Counted from the stretch's first letter, positions 25,301 through 40,600 are shown. The stretch: DNA of 62,862 nt from Guillardia theta CCMP2712 (GCF_000315625.1 NW_005434596.1:1-62862), one strand, 5' to 3'. The notes: generated by a model from the sequence alone, not told the origin. Made by a program: numbers and translations.

Positions 25301-25749
25301 GTTGTAATATGACACTTCCGAGGGAAGTATTTCACCTGTCAAAATACGAGTCTTGGCTTCCCTTCAAGAATAACGTCAGTTTTGGCAAAAAGATATCATC
25401 ACAAGTACAGAATGAGATTGTCGAGAATCTCGCTTCACACGGTCTACCCCATTTAGCTGAGTGAAAAAAAAATCAATTTGCTTCAGAACAATATGCCAGG
25501 GTACCTTGACTCCACTTCCAGATACATAGCTGGATGACCTTCCTCGCTTTTCACTGGAGCAAGTTTTTCAAATCATAGTTCGAGTTGCCAGGAATTCTTG
25601 CAACCTTTCCACCCTGTTGCTCTCAGACCTCAATGCTCCATGACGCGGTGTCATGACAGAGCTGTAAATCCTCAACATCATATTAAGTGCAAGGAATATC
25701 ATAGCACTTCACCTGCTTCCATCAAAGCGGACATTCCCCGTTCCATCAT

Positions 25750-27516
<1,767 letters not shown>

Positions 27517-29097
27517 TCCGTCTAAACCGAAGACGTTATCCTACGGCTCAGCTTGTGCCATCCATGTTCCAAGATCAGCAACACGACAGCTAATGCTAGT
27601 TCCTGGAGTGACAAGAAAGCCAAAGTTACAAACATTCAGAATTGACCGAAATGCTTTGACAAAATTCTCCCATGGAATGTTAGGAATTGAAAGGTGATCA
27701 ACACAGGATGATCTCTATATACTACAAACCATGACCAAACTCTGAAGATTACATGTATATGCTTCTATCCATCGAGTGGTTCGATCAGCCATGAGCGCTT
27801 TCTGCTTCCATAAAGTTGGACCGGATGCAAACCATCAGGTGTCCTACACTGCTCCTTCCAGTCATCACCCATAAGTTACTGGTCTGATTGTCCAAGCACT
27901 AGCTTGTATTAGCATTCTTCGTACTTGATTCGAATTCTGTCTATCTCATATGTACCTTTGTTTATCCCCATCTCTTCTCGAAGTCCTACACGCCTTCTCC
28001 TCGAGTTCTAATTCTATAACATGACTGATTACCCACATTCTTATACCAAATTCATATGTCCAAATAATACTCCTTGCTACGAATCAAAGAAATGGTGGTA
28101 TGGTACTGCTAATCTGTTCCTGACACATGGACATGATCCAAAGTCTTCAGTTCCCGAGCCTTAAATCGATCTTGATACACACATTCGAAAAATATTATCC
28201 CCTGTTCCCATGATTCTTATATGGAGTCATGATGGATTATGTTTACATGTTTCAAAAATCTCCTTCTTCTTCGTTATTCCTACCCTCAGCATCTCCTCCT
28301 CCTTCTTCTCCCCCTCCTTACAACCTTCCCCCCTCCTTCCCCATGAGCGCTCATCAACCTCTGACCAATTGATGACCACCCCCACTACCTGGACCCCTTT
28401 TCCCCTTACACCCACCCTACTCGGGAAGTTGTCACCTACCCATCAGATTCTCTCCGCACCCTACCCGTACCCACAATGACCGATCACCCACTGTTTATCC
28501 TTGAATAGACCCACCTTTTCCCCTCAAAATACCCCACCACATCTGACCTCACCCTTCCGAGCTAGGCATCGATTCATCCCTGGACCCCTACCCAGAACTT
28601 TTTTGTTGATCGTCGGGGGTGGGTATCTCCACCCCTCCATTGCATAGCAAAATCACCTTTCCAAGTACCCCTACACTGACCTTCTCCCTACAGCCCATCG
28701 CAGGTTTGATTCGTACCATTGAAATATTGACTAAACACTTTTCAAAAACTTTTTATAACTCAATATTCAGTTACGGCAGTTACGGTGGTGAAGGGGCGTC
28801 AGGAATGGTGATGCCTACCCCTAGCCGGAAGTTGGCAATGGCGACGGCGACGGCGACGGCGATTGCGATGATGGTGAGTGAAATTTTATTAGAGAAAGTT
28901 TGACAAGTTGTGTGGCTGAGTGGAACGGGAAGGTGTACGGTGGAGGGAGAGATTGTGCGACAGAGGAGGGGAAATCATGCCGTAACTCAATCTTCCTTTG
29001 CAGTTAGCGCTGGGGATCGGCATCCTCAAACAGGATCTGAACCCCCTTTCCAACAGTGTGGACGAACCTGTTGGATTGTTCCAAGGAAATCAGGTGA

Positions 29098-30235
29098 TTG
29101 ATCAAGAAATCTGATGTGTTTTTCGCTTCTGAAGAATGGAAGTTGACTTTTTCCCATCAGAATGGGCGAATTTACCAGGAGCGACCGATATACAATGAAC
29201 TTCAACCTCAATGGAACTCAAGAATGTCGAGAATTTATGCGAACACGCTCAACGGTTGGCAACAAAGGAACGGGTACAGAAGAGAGAACACCAGAGCAAA
29301 GATTCCTATGCAGAGGATAGCAGTTGATTTTGAAGATGAAATTACCCCCCTCAAGAGATCTGTCGAAGTTATTCAGGGCGAAATCAACGACATGCAATCA
29401 GAGATTGCCAACCAGCAGAAGTTGATCAATTCTTGGAGGCGAAGCCGCACCAATCCTGCCGTTACAGCAACTCCTCAGCTTCAGTTCAAGGTGCCGGGAC
29501 CCATTGAAATTGACCATTTGAGTTTGCCTGGTGGCTCATACTCACTCAGTCTGTCTGATACGTCTGCCGGAAGCACTGCAGTTCTGCAGTCTGGTAATCA
29601 TCAGTACCAGGTTGCTTTGCAGAGGCAGGCGAATACAAAAAAGGCAGCGATTCCGCTGTCCGAGATTGACAAAAGTGAAGCGAAGCGGGCAGTCAGGCTT
29701 TATCTTCAACAACGTGCAAAGGCATTGGAGGCCATGAGAAATTATCATAATTCGGTATCCTCCCAGCAGACCGACAAGGAACATGTGTCTAGCTCGTTGA
29801 GCTCAAAAGAGAAGTCGAAACACGCAGGTGGTAATGTGGGGCCGACCGCAGTGCAGAGCTTGAGGAGCAAACTATCTCGGCAGTTGGCAAGACAAGAAGA
29901 GGAAACCAAGATTCTTGAAGAAGCGACCCGTCTGAAAGCCAAAACTGAAGCTGCTGAGGCACAACATGCCAAACAAAGATTTACACGTTTCTCGAACAGT
30001 GTGGGCAAGGAAGCCAAAGATATTATCGCGAAGTTGCTTTCAAAGGATCTAAGAAGAAAATCTCATCAAGCGAGTGAACGGGAGGGAAAACAGGTCAACT
30101 CTCCTGTGATCTTGGCAACCGTAAACTAACGATGGTGAACAACAGGACCAAATGGGGAAGCAGGATCCACATCTACAACTCATCGACGAGGTTGATAGAG
30201 CACTGAAAAATCAACTCAAGAACGACCAAGTGTAG
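29098..30235 (+). CDS. Hypothetical coiled-coil protein
   Basis: 343-aa ORF with heptad-like segments. A probable intron follows 30093 and leads to a short last exon. The start is uncertain. Confidence 0.55.
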
Positions 30236-30486
30236 TACTTTAAATGTTTACTATGTAAAGTTGAAGACGTCAAACCAAGCTTCCGTTTCACAGTGTTGGA
30301 TGATATATGTCCTTCTGCAGTATTAACTATAACTAAGAGGATCATGCAGAAACGAGCAACAAAACGAAACTTCGTTCAATGGCACAGTGTCCAGTGGATG
30401 CTTAATGTATTCATTGAGATCAAATTTCACGGCTCACGACAAGAGTAACGCAACCGCTTGCAAGCACATGTAAATGACGTTTGTGA

Positions 30487-30975
30487 TCATCGTCGCACGA
30501 CCTTGATATCATGCTGCTCTTCAAAATTTCTAAATTCTGTTGTCTTCTCACTGAATGCTTGTTCGAGATCCCGTGTCGCTTTGTCTAGCAACTGCTCCTC
30601 ACTCTTAATTGCGGATAATATCGTGCTAACGTTCGACTGCATAAGAACCCCTCCGATGGAGCGATAGCATGAACGGTTACCATCATACTGAGCCAGAATT
30701 TCTGCAGTTTGTGCATGGGTATCTCTGTCTTCTGACATCACTGAAAGTCTTTCAGATATTTTCTTCAGTTCCTGTCGTCGTTCCTGGTACTCGTTCAAAA
30801 GTGCTTGGTTTGCTTCCTCCACTTTCTCACCACCGCCCCTAAGTGGCTGAATAACGGTTCGAGAAATTTGGACTAGTTTGGTCCTGGTGTCATGTAAACA
30901 TTTGAAACTCCCTTGGCATTCGATGTTCAACGTGAGAACAAGAAAAGTTGCTGTTGCAACACGAAAGGGATTCAT
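30487..30975 (-). CDS. PFDN2: Prefoldin subunit 2-like protein with a signal peptide + LRGG presequence (candidate periplastid isoform)
   Basis: RSCYRSIGGVLMQSNVSTIL beta-hairpin between two coiled coils. N-terminal extension MNPFRVATATFLVLTLNIECQG...QPLRGG. Confidence 0.8.
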   Translation of the reverse strand: MNPFRVATATFLVLTLNIECQGSFKCLHDTRTKLVQISRTVIQPLRGGGEKVEEANQALLNEYQERRQELKKISERLSVMSEDRDTHAQTAEILAQYDGNRSCYRSIGGVLMQSNVSTILSAIKSEEQLLDKATRDLEQAFSEKTTEFRNFEEQHDIKVVRR

Positions 30976-30981
30976 TCTCGT

Positions 30982-31155
30982 TTACTTCTGCTTGATACCT
31001 TCAGCGGCCTTTGCAGCAGGAACATTGTCAGAGAATTCGCTCAAGGCATCCGCGGTCTTCTTCATCTTAAAGATAGTGAATGAGTACGTTCCAAGTGCAA
31101 ACACGGCCAAGGCCGCCGCTATCTGCTTATTCCTTGTCAACATTCCTGCATCCAT
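30982..31155 (-). CDS. Small single-TM protein, COA3/CCDC56-like cytochrome c oxidase assembly factor
   Basis: RNKQIAAALAVFALGTYSFTIFKMKK resembles the COA3 RN..TM..YxYT pattern. 57 aa. Confidence 0.55.
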   Translation of the reverse strand: MDAGMLTRNKQIAAALAVFALGTYSFTIFKMKKTADALSEFSDNVPAAKAAEGIKQK

Positions 31156-32214
31156 TTTTCCTGCCAAGAAATATGAGGATCGGAGCAACAAATTGAGAAA
31201 TGTTTGTCTACAGAAACAACATGAGAAACAGCTCAACTTCTGAAACATCTCAAGGTTTCATGCATCGGGGTATGTTTGCACGAACACACCATGAGTGACC
31301 AAAATCCAAGATATGCAATACTGTGGCATCCTATCAACGCTCCTTCTATGCCCGGCAACGTCAAGAGTGCTTTACTACATGCTCTCCATGTTACTTCTTA
31401 TCTATCATCACGGTCCCTTCCTTTCTTCTCTACTGCATTGCTGTTCCTCGCCGCGATCAGGTTTTACATGACACTACCCCCCTGTATCCGACACCCCAGT
31501 ATCGATCGAAAGTACCCCCCGTTGCAAGTAATCAAATCCATTTCCTGAGCCCTAGGGGTGATGACCATCACCCCCTTTATTCTCTTCTAGGCTGCGTCGA
31601 CACCTGGCAAGCAGAGTCTACCCCTACTTATGATATAATGTATAGGTCAAAGTTATGGGTAGGGTAGTCGGATAGAACTTCTCGATCACCTAGCTGTCGG
31701 CATACTGAGGGTCCCCCGGTCCCGGCCCCCGGGCCGGGCCTTAGCCAAACTCACTGTCAGTTTAAAACTGAGTTAGTTCAAGTCTAGCCTGAGAGCCGGT
31801 GCGGCACTCGGCCCTCGGAGGCTGATCCGAGCCCCGAACAGGCTTCGGAACGGCGGACCGTCGAGTCAATGACAATGACATGGAACTCTCGGAGTACCGT
31901 CGTACTCCGAGAGTTCAAGTTACTGACGGTCAAGTTACTTCACAGAGTCACCCTGACACCGTCACTGTCCGGTCGCACCGTTGAGCCGGCGGAGGCCATA
32001 CGGCGAGAAGAGAAAAGTCAGAAAGTACAATTTCATGATAATGCACTAGTCACTGAGTAGCTGCAACCGTGAGGCTGGTGGATTCGTGCCGCAGTGCCGC
32101 TGTCACAGTGCGGAGGCCAGTCAGCCTACAGGCTAGTACGGTCGCCGCCCATATCGTATCATAGTTTACTCTTTGGATCATATAGAGCTCATGACACCCA
32201 GCTCATTGCTAAAA

Positions 32215-32983
32215 TTAGAAGGTAGAACCATCATATCCCATGTTCTCACGAGGAACGTCGCGGAATTCGATGTAGACCTTCATGACGAAAGTCATTCCTA
32301 AAACATCGCAAGACATTCGCAAAACATACTCGGTTTGAACGAATTCCAAAAGGTTCCTCTTGCAGAAGATTGCAAACTTCCTTGCTGACAGCCTGTTGAC
32401 AGCAAGGATTAAATGATAATAAGCTTGTCCGATTGAAATGCTGACCTTGTTGTTCTTTCCATTGATGCTTCCGAGAGATGCCAACTGGCAAAGCGCGCAA
32501 GGCTCATCCGAACCTCCCCACATCATGCTCTGTCGCAACAATGGTATTAATATCAGTGAATGCCTTCGATACGGAGGCAAACCTGGTTGTCATTGATCTG
32601 AATGGCTACGTAAGAATCAGGCTTGCCTAGAGTCTTTGCCACGACCTGGACTTCAATCAATCTTTGACGATATGTAACAGGGAATAGATGGAACACATGT
32701 GTTGCATAAAGCAAACACGAAGTTCGCAAAAAGGGAAATCATGATAGTAAAATTAGAAGACGACAACAAGATGGAATTATCGATTGTGAAATAGCAAAGT
32801 CTTGTGCTTTGAAACAGAGAGCACAAGGAAACCAAGACAGCAGAAGGGAATAAGCAAGGTGAGGAAGGGAAAAGGGCTAGAGGGAAAGGATAAAGATCAA
32901 ACCTGAGTGAGTTTGGTCATCAACTCCTTCTTCTTGTCGCTGCTGTCGACCTTGACGTTCGTTGAGATCACCAGACTCGGCAT
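32215..32983 (-). CDS. MIF: Macrophage migration inhibitory factor / D-dopachrome tautomerase family protein
   Basis: Exons MPSLVISTNVKV..LTQ|VVAKTLGKPDSYVAIQINDNQ|SMMWGGSDEPCALCQLASLGSI..|VYIEFRDVPRENMGYDGSTF*. The catalytic N-terminal Pro is present. Confidence 0.92.
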
Positions 32984-33280
32984 TGCTCCGCGGTCAGATC
33001 CTCTCCCCGAGACCGTGGGTGGTTTGCTGGATTGTAGAAGGGGTACTTTGCGTCTTAACAAAGTAGGGTGGGTGGTAGCACCTATCGTATGGTGAAGACA
33101 GTGGGGTGGGGTAGTGGAAAACAGAAAGTTCTAGACCTATCTATAGGGGGTAGGGTTATCCTTTTTGGGCGGTCTGAGGCAGGGTCTGAGGCAGGGTCTG
33201 AGGAGCACTCCGGACAAGAGGGGGATGAGGGCACAAGGCGTGGTGTTTCTTTGAATTTCAAATTCAACTGTTCCGCCGCC

Positions 33281-35814
33281 ATGGCACCTAACAGAACAGC
33301 CCTACGGGACGTGTCAAACAAGGTGAGAGATGATACAAACACGAAACCGAAGAGAGAAGTCATGGATGTTAGGATGTTTTTGATAAGAGAGTATTCTTTG
33401 CTATCAAATCCACTTATACATGAAAGCACGGTAGAGTTCTCCCAGCTGAGATGTGTTTGAATGCAAACAGGACAACATATTGAAGCCCAGTACCGAAAAG
33501 CATCAGCAGAAAGTGAGAAGTGTATCAATTATCTGGTTTGAAAATGACACCTTTGCCTAAGTTTTTGGCACAGACACGTGATTATGCCATCAAACAAGCT
33601 TTGGAAAGGTATTCAGCCTTTCTAGCAGTGCACATGATTGACTCATGCTTCTATTGAAAGTGCTTCAAGCTCTCCAGTTCTTGAAGAGTTCAACCACTCA
33701 CGAGTACCTTTTGTTTCTCCTCAAAACTTCTCTGTATCTACTTGTTGCTGATCATCAGCACTCACTGACTGTTCTCGGAGACTGGAGAACAATCCTTCGT
33801 CAAGCATGATTCAGCAAGTGAGACGAAAGAAGCGCTCGACAGCTGCATCCGGCAGCTTGATATGATTTCGTTGAAGAACAATAGCAACCAAGAGGGAGCA
33901 AGCAAACTCTCTCCTGCTCCACAGGAACGATCAGGTGCAACTGAAGAGAAATTCCTCACCCCAGGTATCTCAACCTACTTCAAGGGTGAGCGAAGAAAAA
34001 CAGAAACTCATGAAGATAATTTTGCAGATTCTCAATTGGAAAGCTTTCAGCCTGATGTAGTGGCGACGGATCGAGCTGTTGCTACTCTGGGTAGGCTGTG
34101 TTGCATTTCAGTTGGTTCACTTTTCTCAATCCTTGCCCAGGCCTTGCAATGAGAAAGCTTCAAAAAGAGCTGAAAATGCTTGGAAACGAGCTGAGAGGTT
34201 CGAGTAAATCTCCCCGGACTGAGGCTCAGATGACAATGAGTGATACTTGTGGCCCAGAGGACTGCCTGGTTCGTCTTCGAAATTCACTCGATCTGTTACT
34301 TATGGGTTTTCTCAGAATTTGTCAAATTCCCAGCCGTGCGATGTATCAACCTCATCGCTGAGAGTCTGTCCTGGAACAGCAAAGAAAGGAGAGCAAGAAT
34401 GGCGAATCAGTTCAGACTTCACTCAAGATCTTGATGCGTCGGTTCAAGAAGACTCGCCCTCTATGCCATGTGCGCATGACCAGATCTCGGAATCAACAGC
34501 CCTGCAGAACGAGTTGAATGGTCGGACTGCAGGTAGACTAAACCATCCGATGATGTACATGTAAAGCTGATCGTCATGCAGAGGTGCAAGCTCTGTCTTC
34601 ACACCTGACTTTGGTCACCCAAGCTTTCAAGAGACTCTTGGCTTCCAAGGTCTGCCCGCTGGCTTACTGTACGTAAAGTTGATCTTGAGTCAGGATGAAG
34701 AGATTGCAAATTTGAAGGGCATGCTTCAAATCAGAAAGAATGGGTCGACACCAAGAGGAGAATTAGAGTCTTGTTTGTCTGGGAGCAATGAGGTCAGTTG
34801 CATCAAGCATGTTTCTTGTGCCAGCTTTTCATGAAGATCTGAATTTAGTTTGAGCAGGCGAGATCAAATTCTGACTTGATGATTTGTAAGCACAAAGAAA
34901 ATTCTCCTCTCTCTGACGCTTAAAGGAACCTGCTTCCAGTGATGCATGCGGCACGCGATGCTTTAAGAGAGAAGGATATACAGATCAAGGTATGTTCCTA
35001 CTCAGCCTGGTTATTGTGTCAAGATCTCACATAGAATCGCACAGGATTTGCAACAAGCACACTTGCAGCACATCTCGGAGCTGGAGAAGAAACACTTCGA
35101 AGAGATTCGTAGGTTGCAGACAGGAACTCAACCAAGAAGATCGCAGGAGACGCAGGTAAACAGCATGAGGACGAGAGTTCGATCATTGAGGTACACCACA
35201 GTGCTCTTTGGATGACGGAGAAACGATCACGTCAGTAGGAAGGCTTGCGACTGTGTACAACAGGTTGAAGATTTTGCCTGTCCCTCCCTCCTCACTAGAG
35301 CGTGCAGTGAGTTGATGAGACACGCTCAACGAGCGGAGGAGCTGCAAAGGCTTGTCGACTCTCAGCGGCTTCAGCTGAACAGGATGCATCATGTCTCGCA
35401 AGAGAGCATCTACGCCAAGTTCACCAAGGTGAGTCCAGCTGGACCTTCACCTGAATGTCACACTATTCCCAGATGACAGCTGATGGATCTAAGAAAGAAG
35501 CAGTTGACCCCCCAGGTTGGGTGACAATCAAAGCAGGTAACGAAAATATCTTCTTTCCCCACAACTTTGCTTCCTGTCCTGTAGCCTCCTTTCTTCTCGT
35601 CTTCTGGTAATTCTTGTTCTGCCTTGTGACTTCCTCCAAGGTATCAGTGAAACCAAGATCCTTGGTGACTTCTCTGGCCCAAAGCGATTCTCTACCTGAG
35701 CACAAGCTGAATATCCAAATTCTCAGCTGGGCCCCAGCTGACTCTTGTACTTTTTATAGCCCTTCTCCATTACTAACTTTCGGTGAGAATGCTGAAATGA
35801 GTCTCAACAAATGA
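33281..35814 (+). CDS. Hypothetical multi-exon coiled-coil protein with an N-terminal destruction box
   Basis: MAPNRTALRDVSNK followed by a gtgag donor. Later exons include KLQKELKMLGNEL, DEEIANLKGML and ALREKDIQIK. The 3' end is uncertain. Confidence 0.55.
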
Positions 35815-35832
35815 AAATTTCATTGCGATAAA

Positions 35833-37190
35833 TCACGAATCTTCGGGCAGAAAGCCGTAATGTTTCAACCCCTCCAGCACTCCGAAGGCATGTCTGACAG
35901 GGCGATTTGTTATTGCAGTTGAACTCGGTCTCTTGTCCTACCTTCCCGTCGCATGCAGATGCTCCTGCCTCTTCACTGCTAGCAGCTCCTCCTTGGCGTT
36001 GCCAACCATCACCCCATGAGGAGCGTCCTCAAACCTGAAGAAGCCGTGAGAAGAGAAGTGGATGCGATCAGAGAGGACATGGAAGCGTCGTTGCCAGAAT
36101 CTCCAGCAACCTGCCCAAGGAGCGAGGTGAGAAGAACGGTGAGGGAGACAACACGAGAAATGAAGACTTCGGGAAGAGAGCAGGATATGGGGATTAGTAG
36201 ATCTCACCAGACACTCCGAGGGCGAAAGATTCAGGAGTTTCATGACATGTTTCTGTGCGTTGCCTACAAAATCAACATCTTGAACGCAATTTCAAAGTTC
36301 TACCTTTCCCTGCAGACTTGGGGAGGACGTCGACGAAGAAACAACCTGTTGTGTTTGCTGCCATCTATGTCATCATGGGGCAGTAAGGCAGGTAGAGCAC
36401 AACCAGGAACATCGTCTAGTCCAGAAACAGTTGTGTTCACATGATAAGAAACCGAAGCGATGTTCATAAGGAATGCGATGCGCGGCTGATGCTGAGCATT
36501 GTCCGTTTCGATCTCACGTCTCAGATCTTCTCTCAACTGCTTACGTGTCAACTCCCGTGTCACAGGCGACAACTCACCTGGTCCACGGTGAAGTCAGCCT
36601 GAGGGATCTTGAAGGAGAAGAGGAAGGGGTTGCCCATGGACTCCCTCTTCTCCTTTATGCTCCCGTAGCAGCGTCTCAACCTCTCGCTGCCCATCACACG
36701 TTGTTGTACCACTTCACGAGGACATGTCAGAGGGTCATGGTAAGGCTGTGACGGACACACCTGTCTTGTCCCAGTCTCGGTCTAGCGTTTGCTTCCAACC
36801 CTCGATCTCGTGATAGTTGCCGTCGCTATCACAAGAGTAGATTTGCGTTCCACATGCTCCAATGAAGAAATCAGGAGTGATAATGTTCCATTTCTCTTTC
36901 AGCACTAGGTAGTCTTCGAAGCTCCTGCCTGTGTTGAAGACAAGTTTCCCTCCTGCGCCTTGGAAGTTACATTTCGACCTTCGGCTTTCAAATATGTACC
37001 TGAAGTGCGGCAGGAACGCTCCCACAAGGTGTTAAAGGATGAGAGCGAAGGTTCATCTCCCACAAGGGTGTCGTCCATGTCCGCAATAAGGGCAAACCTC
37101 GCCACATCGTCTTTCCCTCCCCTCAGTCTCAAGGATACATAGGATTTGCCATGAAGAGATGGCGAGGATGAGGTAAGGCAGGTAAGAAGA

Positions 37191-37232
<42 letters not shown>

Positions 37233-37300
37233 ACATCCACCAGCGCTGAGAGCATGGTGAAGAGCGTTAGCATCCCGCCCATCATCCCGCTTCTGAGCAT
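35833..37300 (-). CDS. Sucrose-phosphate phosphatase-like HAD-IIB hydrolase with a signal peptide + LRLRGG presequence
   Basis: LIADMDDTLVGD (motif I), VFNTGRS (II), DVLPKSAGKG (III) and VAGDSGNDASM (IV), then GVMVGNAKEEL. Ends GVLEGLKHYGFLPEDS*. Confidence 0.88.
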
Positions 37301-37630
37301 GGACTGACTTGGAGGCGTAGTCGGCCTGACAAGGCGTAAGTGCCCCGGGCCGGGCCCGACGACGAGGGGCCGGCTGGGGCCGGCGGACTCGGGGGCACTG
37401 ATTCGGCGTGTTAGGTTTGGGGGACAGCAGTCAGCAGAATGAGCAAGTGGTTCCGAAGTTCTGTCCTCGACTCTCCTGATTATCCTCATACTGATTTAAC
37501 TTAACTTTGAGTAAAGTTATCACTACTCGCTCTGGTTTCTTGCGGTACTCATTGCTTCATCGAATGTTTTCATTCAGAGTTAGGAATCTTATTAGCAGCA
37601 GCGAGTGACATGATACAAGGCTGGCCGCCA

Positions 37631-40600
37631 TCACGAGCCGATCAGGGTCAGGAGAGCTTCATCTGCCTCCTGCGAGTAGGCCCCACTCGTCTGGCTCAGC
37701 AAGGCATTTCCCAGCTCCGTCCTTGCCTCTTCAACAGCTCGAGCGAACGTTCCCTCCTGGAGGAGCATGGAGACGAGCATGATGGAGGCTCTCCTCATGC
37801 GCACGGGGCCCTTGTTGAGCATCGCGACGAGCATGTGCGTCACCTCGCTCTCGAAGTTGTTGCGCCCAGCCCCTGAGACGGTGGCGATGGAGGAGGCGAG
37901 AGGAGCGCGGAGGTCTTGGATGAAGGCGCGAGGGTCCTGGAAGGAAGGGAATCTTGCTAAGACATCAGCCAACCTGGTAAAACCTGCGCTGGGACGTGAG
38001 AGGGAGGAGGAGCAAGGTTCAGCTGCTCACCTCGGTTCTTGCAAGCGATAGAGAGCTCGTTCATCGTCTGACCATCATCATCAGCACCGGCCGCTCGATC
38101 ACTCTCCTGCCTTACCTCCCTGTTGTCTTCGGAGCCCAGCTGGTCACCCGACAGGACCTTGGGGAGCTGGACAACCACGCAGAGGATGGAGTGGCGAGGG
38201 GTCGTGTCGAGGAGGATCCCTCCGGACAAGTTCATCACTTTGAGGAGGAGGCGGGAGCAGGCGTCGTAGCTCTTCTCGCTGCATATACCTTTGAGCAGGA
38301 GCGGCTTGATGCCCTCGTAAGGAGGGTTCCAGTCCTGCGGCGAATGAGCGAAGAGGATGTTCTGCGTGCAGGAGTCTCTGAGGTCGTAGCTGTGCAGGAT
38401 CTGGAGCATGAGGGAGACGCCAGAGCAGTACACATCCTCGTTGAGTGAGAAGAGGAGGGCGATGGAGGACCAGAAGAGCTCCGGGACCAGAAGCAGCTTC
38501 GAGCTCGGCATCGAGCTGGCCATGAACTGCAAAGTCTTGACGCAGTCCAGCTGCTGCTGGAGGCTCCCTGGGGAGCGGGAGAGGAGGGAGGAGAGCAACT
38601 TGAGCATTCTCAGCACGTCCTGGCACTGCACCTCAGCTCGCAGTCTCCGGAAGATGGTCAGGCTCTTGGAAAGCTGCAGCCCTCCGTCAGCCTCTCTGCC
38701 CGAGCACACGGCAGAGTTGAGCGCCTCCTGCGCCCAGGCCTGCCGGAGGTCGAGGGAGTCTGACATGCCAACGGCTTCCAGGACCCTGTTGAGCTTCAGG
38801 TCGAGGAAACTTTCCAGCAAGTGAAGATCTCCTTCTCCTGCCGCGCTCGCTTCGAAAACGCTTGAAGCGATGCTCTCTATGGCCGAGTGCCTGTTCACTT
38901 CCTCCTGCCCGTCCTCTCCCTTGCCCCTCTCTTCGCCCGACCAGTCTCCTTCCTCCTCAGGGCTGACGATGCGGAACAAGTTGGAAGTACTTGACCTTGG
39001 GGAGGGCGATCGCATGAGGATACGCATCAGCGACACCAGCACAAACTTGCAGCTGGACTGCAGGCAGGTGCTGCTCGTGTCCTGCAGGCCACACACGCAG
39101 GTGTGAAGGAGAATGGCTGATTTCTCGCGCAGCAGGTTCCAGTCCTCCTGCTCGCAGCGAGCAAACTTGTTGATGATCCCGGCAAGCAGGATGATGACTG
39201 ATGATCTCTTCACTCCGCTCGTCTCCTCCTCCTCCACGTCTGCCTCCTCATCCTCCTCCTGCTTCCCAAGAAACGCAGCGTTGACGTGCAAGGAAGGGTT
39301 GAGCTGGGCTTGCGAGGAGAGGGGATGGGGAGAAACTCTGAGCAGATCGCAGAGGAGGAGAATCACTTCGATCCCCGAGCTGCCGCATGCGCCAGCGGCT
39401 GCGCAGTGAACCTGCTTGAGGACGCGGTCGTTGCCTTGCGGGTCGAACTTGCCAGAGGAGAGGAGGCGGAGGAGGAGGAGGATGAAAGTCTTGCGGTTGC
39501 CAGGGACGGAGGTGAGAGCCTTCCAGAGGTTTAGCTTCTCCTCCTGCATGCTGTCAGAGATGCCGTCGAAGAGGAAGAGAAGGTCTGTGAGCAGGGCGTC
39601 AGCGTCTCCCCCCAGGGCAGCGAGGTCCAGCACAGACATCCAGGCAGAAAGTGCAAGCAGGAGAGCACGCGTGCGCTGCAGGATGTGCTCCTCCCTCGCC
39701 ATCCTCTGCAGCTGGAACAGTCTGGCGAGGAAGGAGGAGGACACGCGTCGGATCACGTCCCCTCTGTCACCGAGGGAGCACAAACTCGCCACGTGACTCG
39801 ACGCCCGCCTTCTCAGCTCCATCCGATCCCCTGCCGACATCACCCTCGTCCCGTAGGTCTCCGACTTGCTGATGCTCGAGGAACGCGATGTCCACGTCAT
39901 CCTCGCCAGCGGGTCCAGCTGCTCGCACGTCCGCGCCAGCAGCTCGGCCGCGTGTCTCCGGGTCTCCTCGCGCTCGTCGCCGATCATGAGGATGAAGGAG
40001 ACTATGATCTCCTCCTCCGGCAGGCTCACCTTCCCAGCTAAGATCGAGGAGGCAAGCACGTCAAAGTGACAGCTGGACAGCCAGCTGGAGGACAGGTGGA
40101 CGCATTGAATACTCCACTGCTTCCCTGTAGGGTCCCCAAGGAGATGATGGTGAAGGGCGAGCTTGCCGCACTGCTGCTGCAGGAGGGCAGCATGGCACAG
40201 GCTGTCGTTGATCCATCGCTTCGTCCCTCCGGCCTCCTCCTGCTCCCCTTCCCGTCTTCTTGAGCACAGCTCCCTCTCGCTGTCTTCCGAGAGCTCGAAG
40301 GAGGGCCCAGCTAGCAGGGAGGAGAGAGCCCAGAGCTTCGGGAGGACGATGACGTCACCACCTGAGAAGTCAAACAGGTGAGGAAGGTGAGTCCTGGCAC
40401 CTTCCTGGGTCTTGCTGGGATCCAGCATGCAAAGGTAGTCGAAGAGTTTTCTTCTCAGCTCGGGGGACCATGCAGAAGGAGACGCGTGAAGATCGAGTAG
40501 AGGAGCCGCAAAGACGACGAACTTACAGAGGGGAAGCAGCAGGACCATTCGCTTCTCCTCTGATGCTGTTGCGAGGTAGCCAACGGCGTCCTGGACGACG

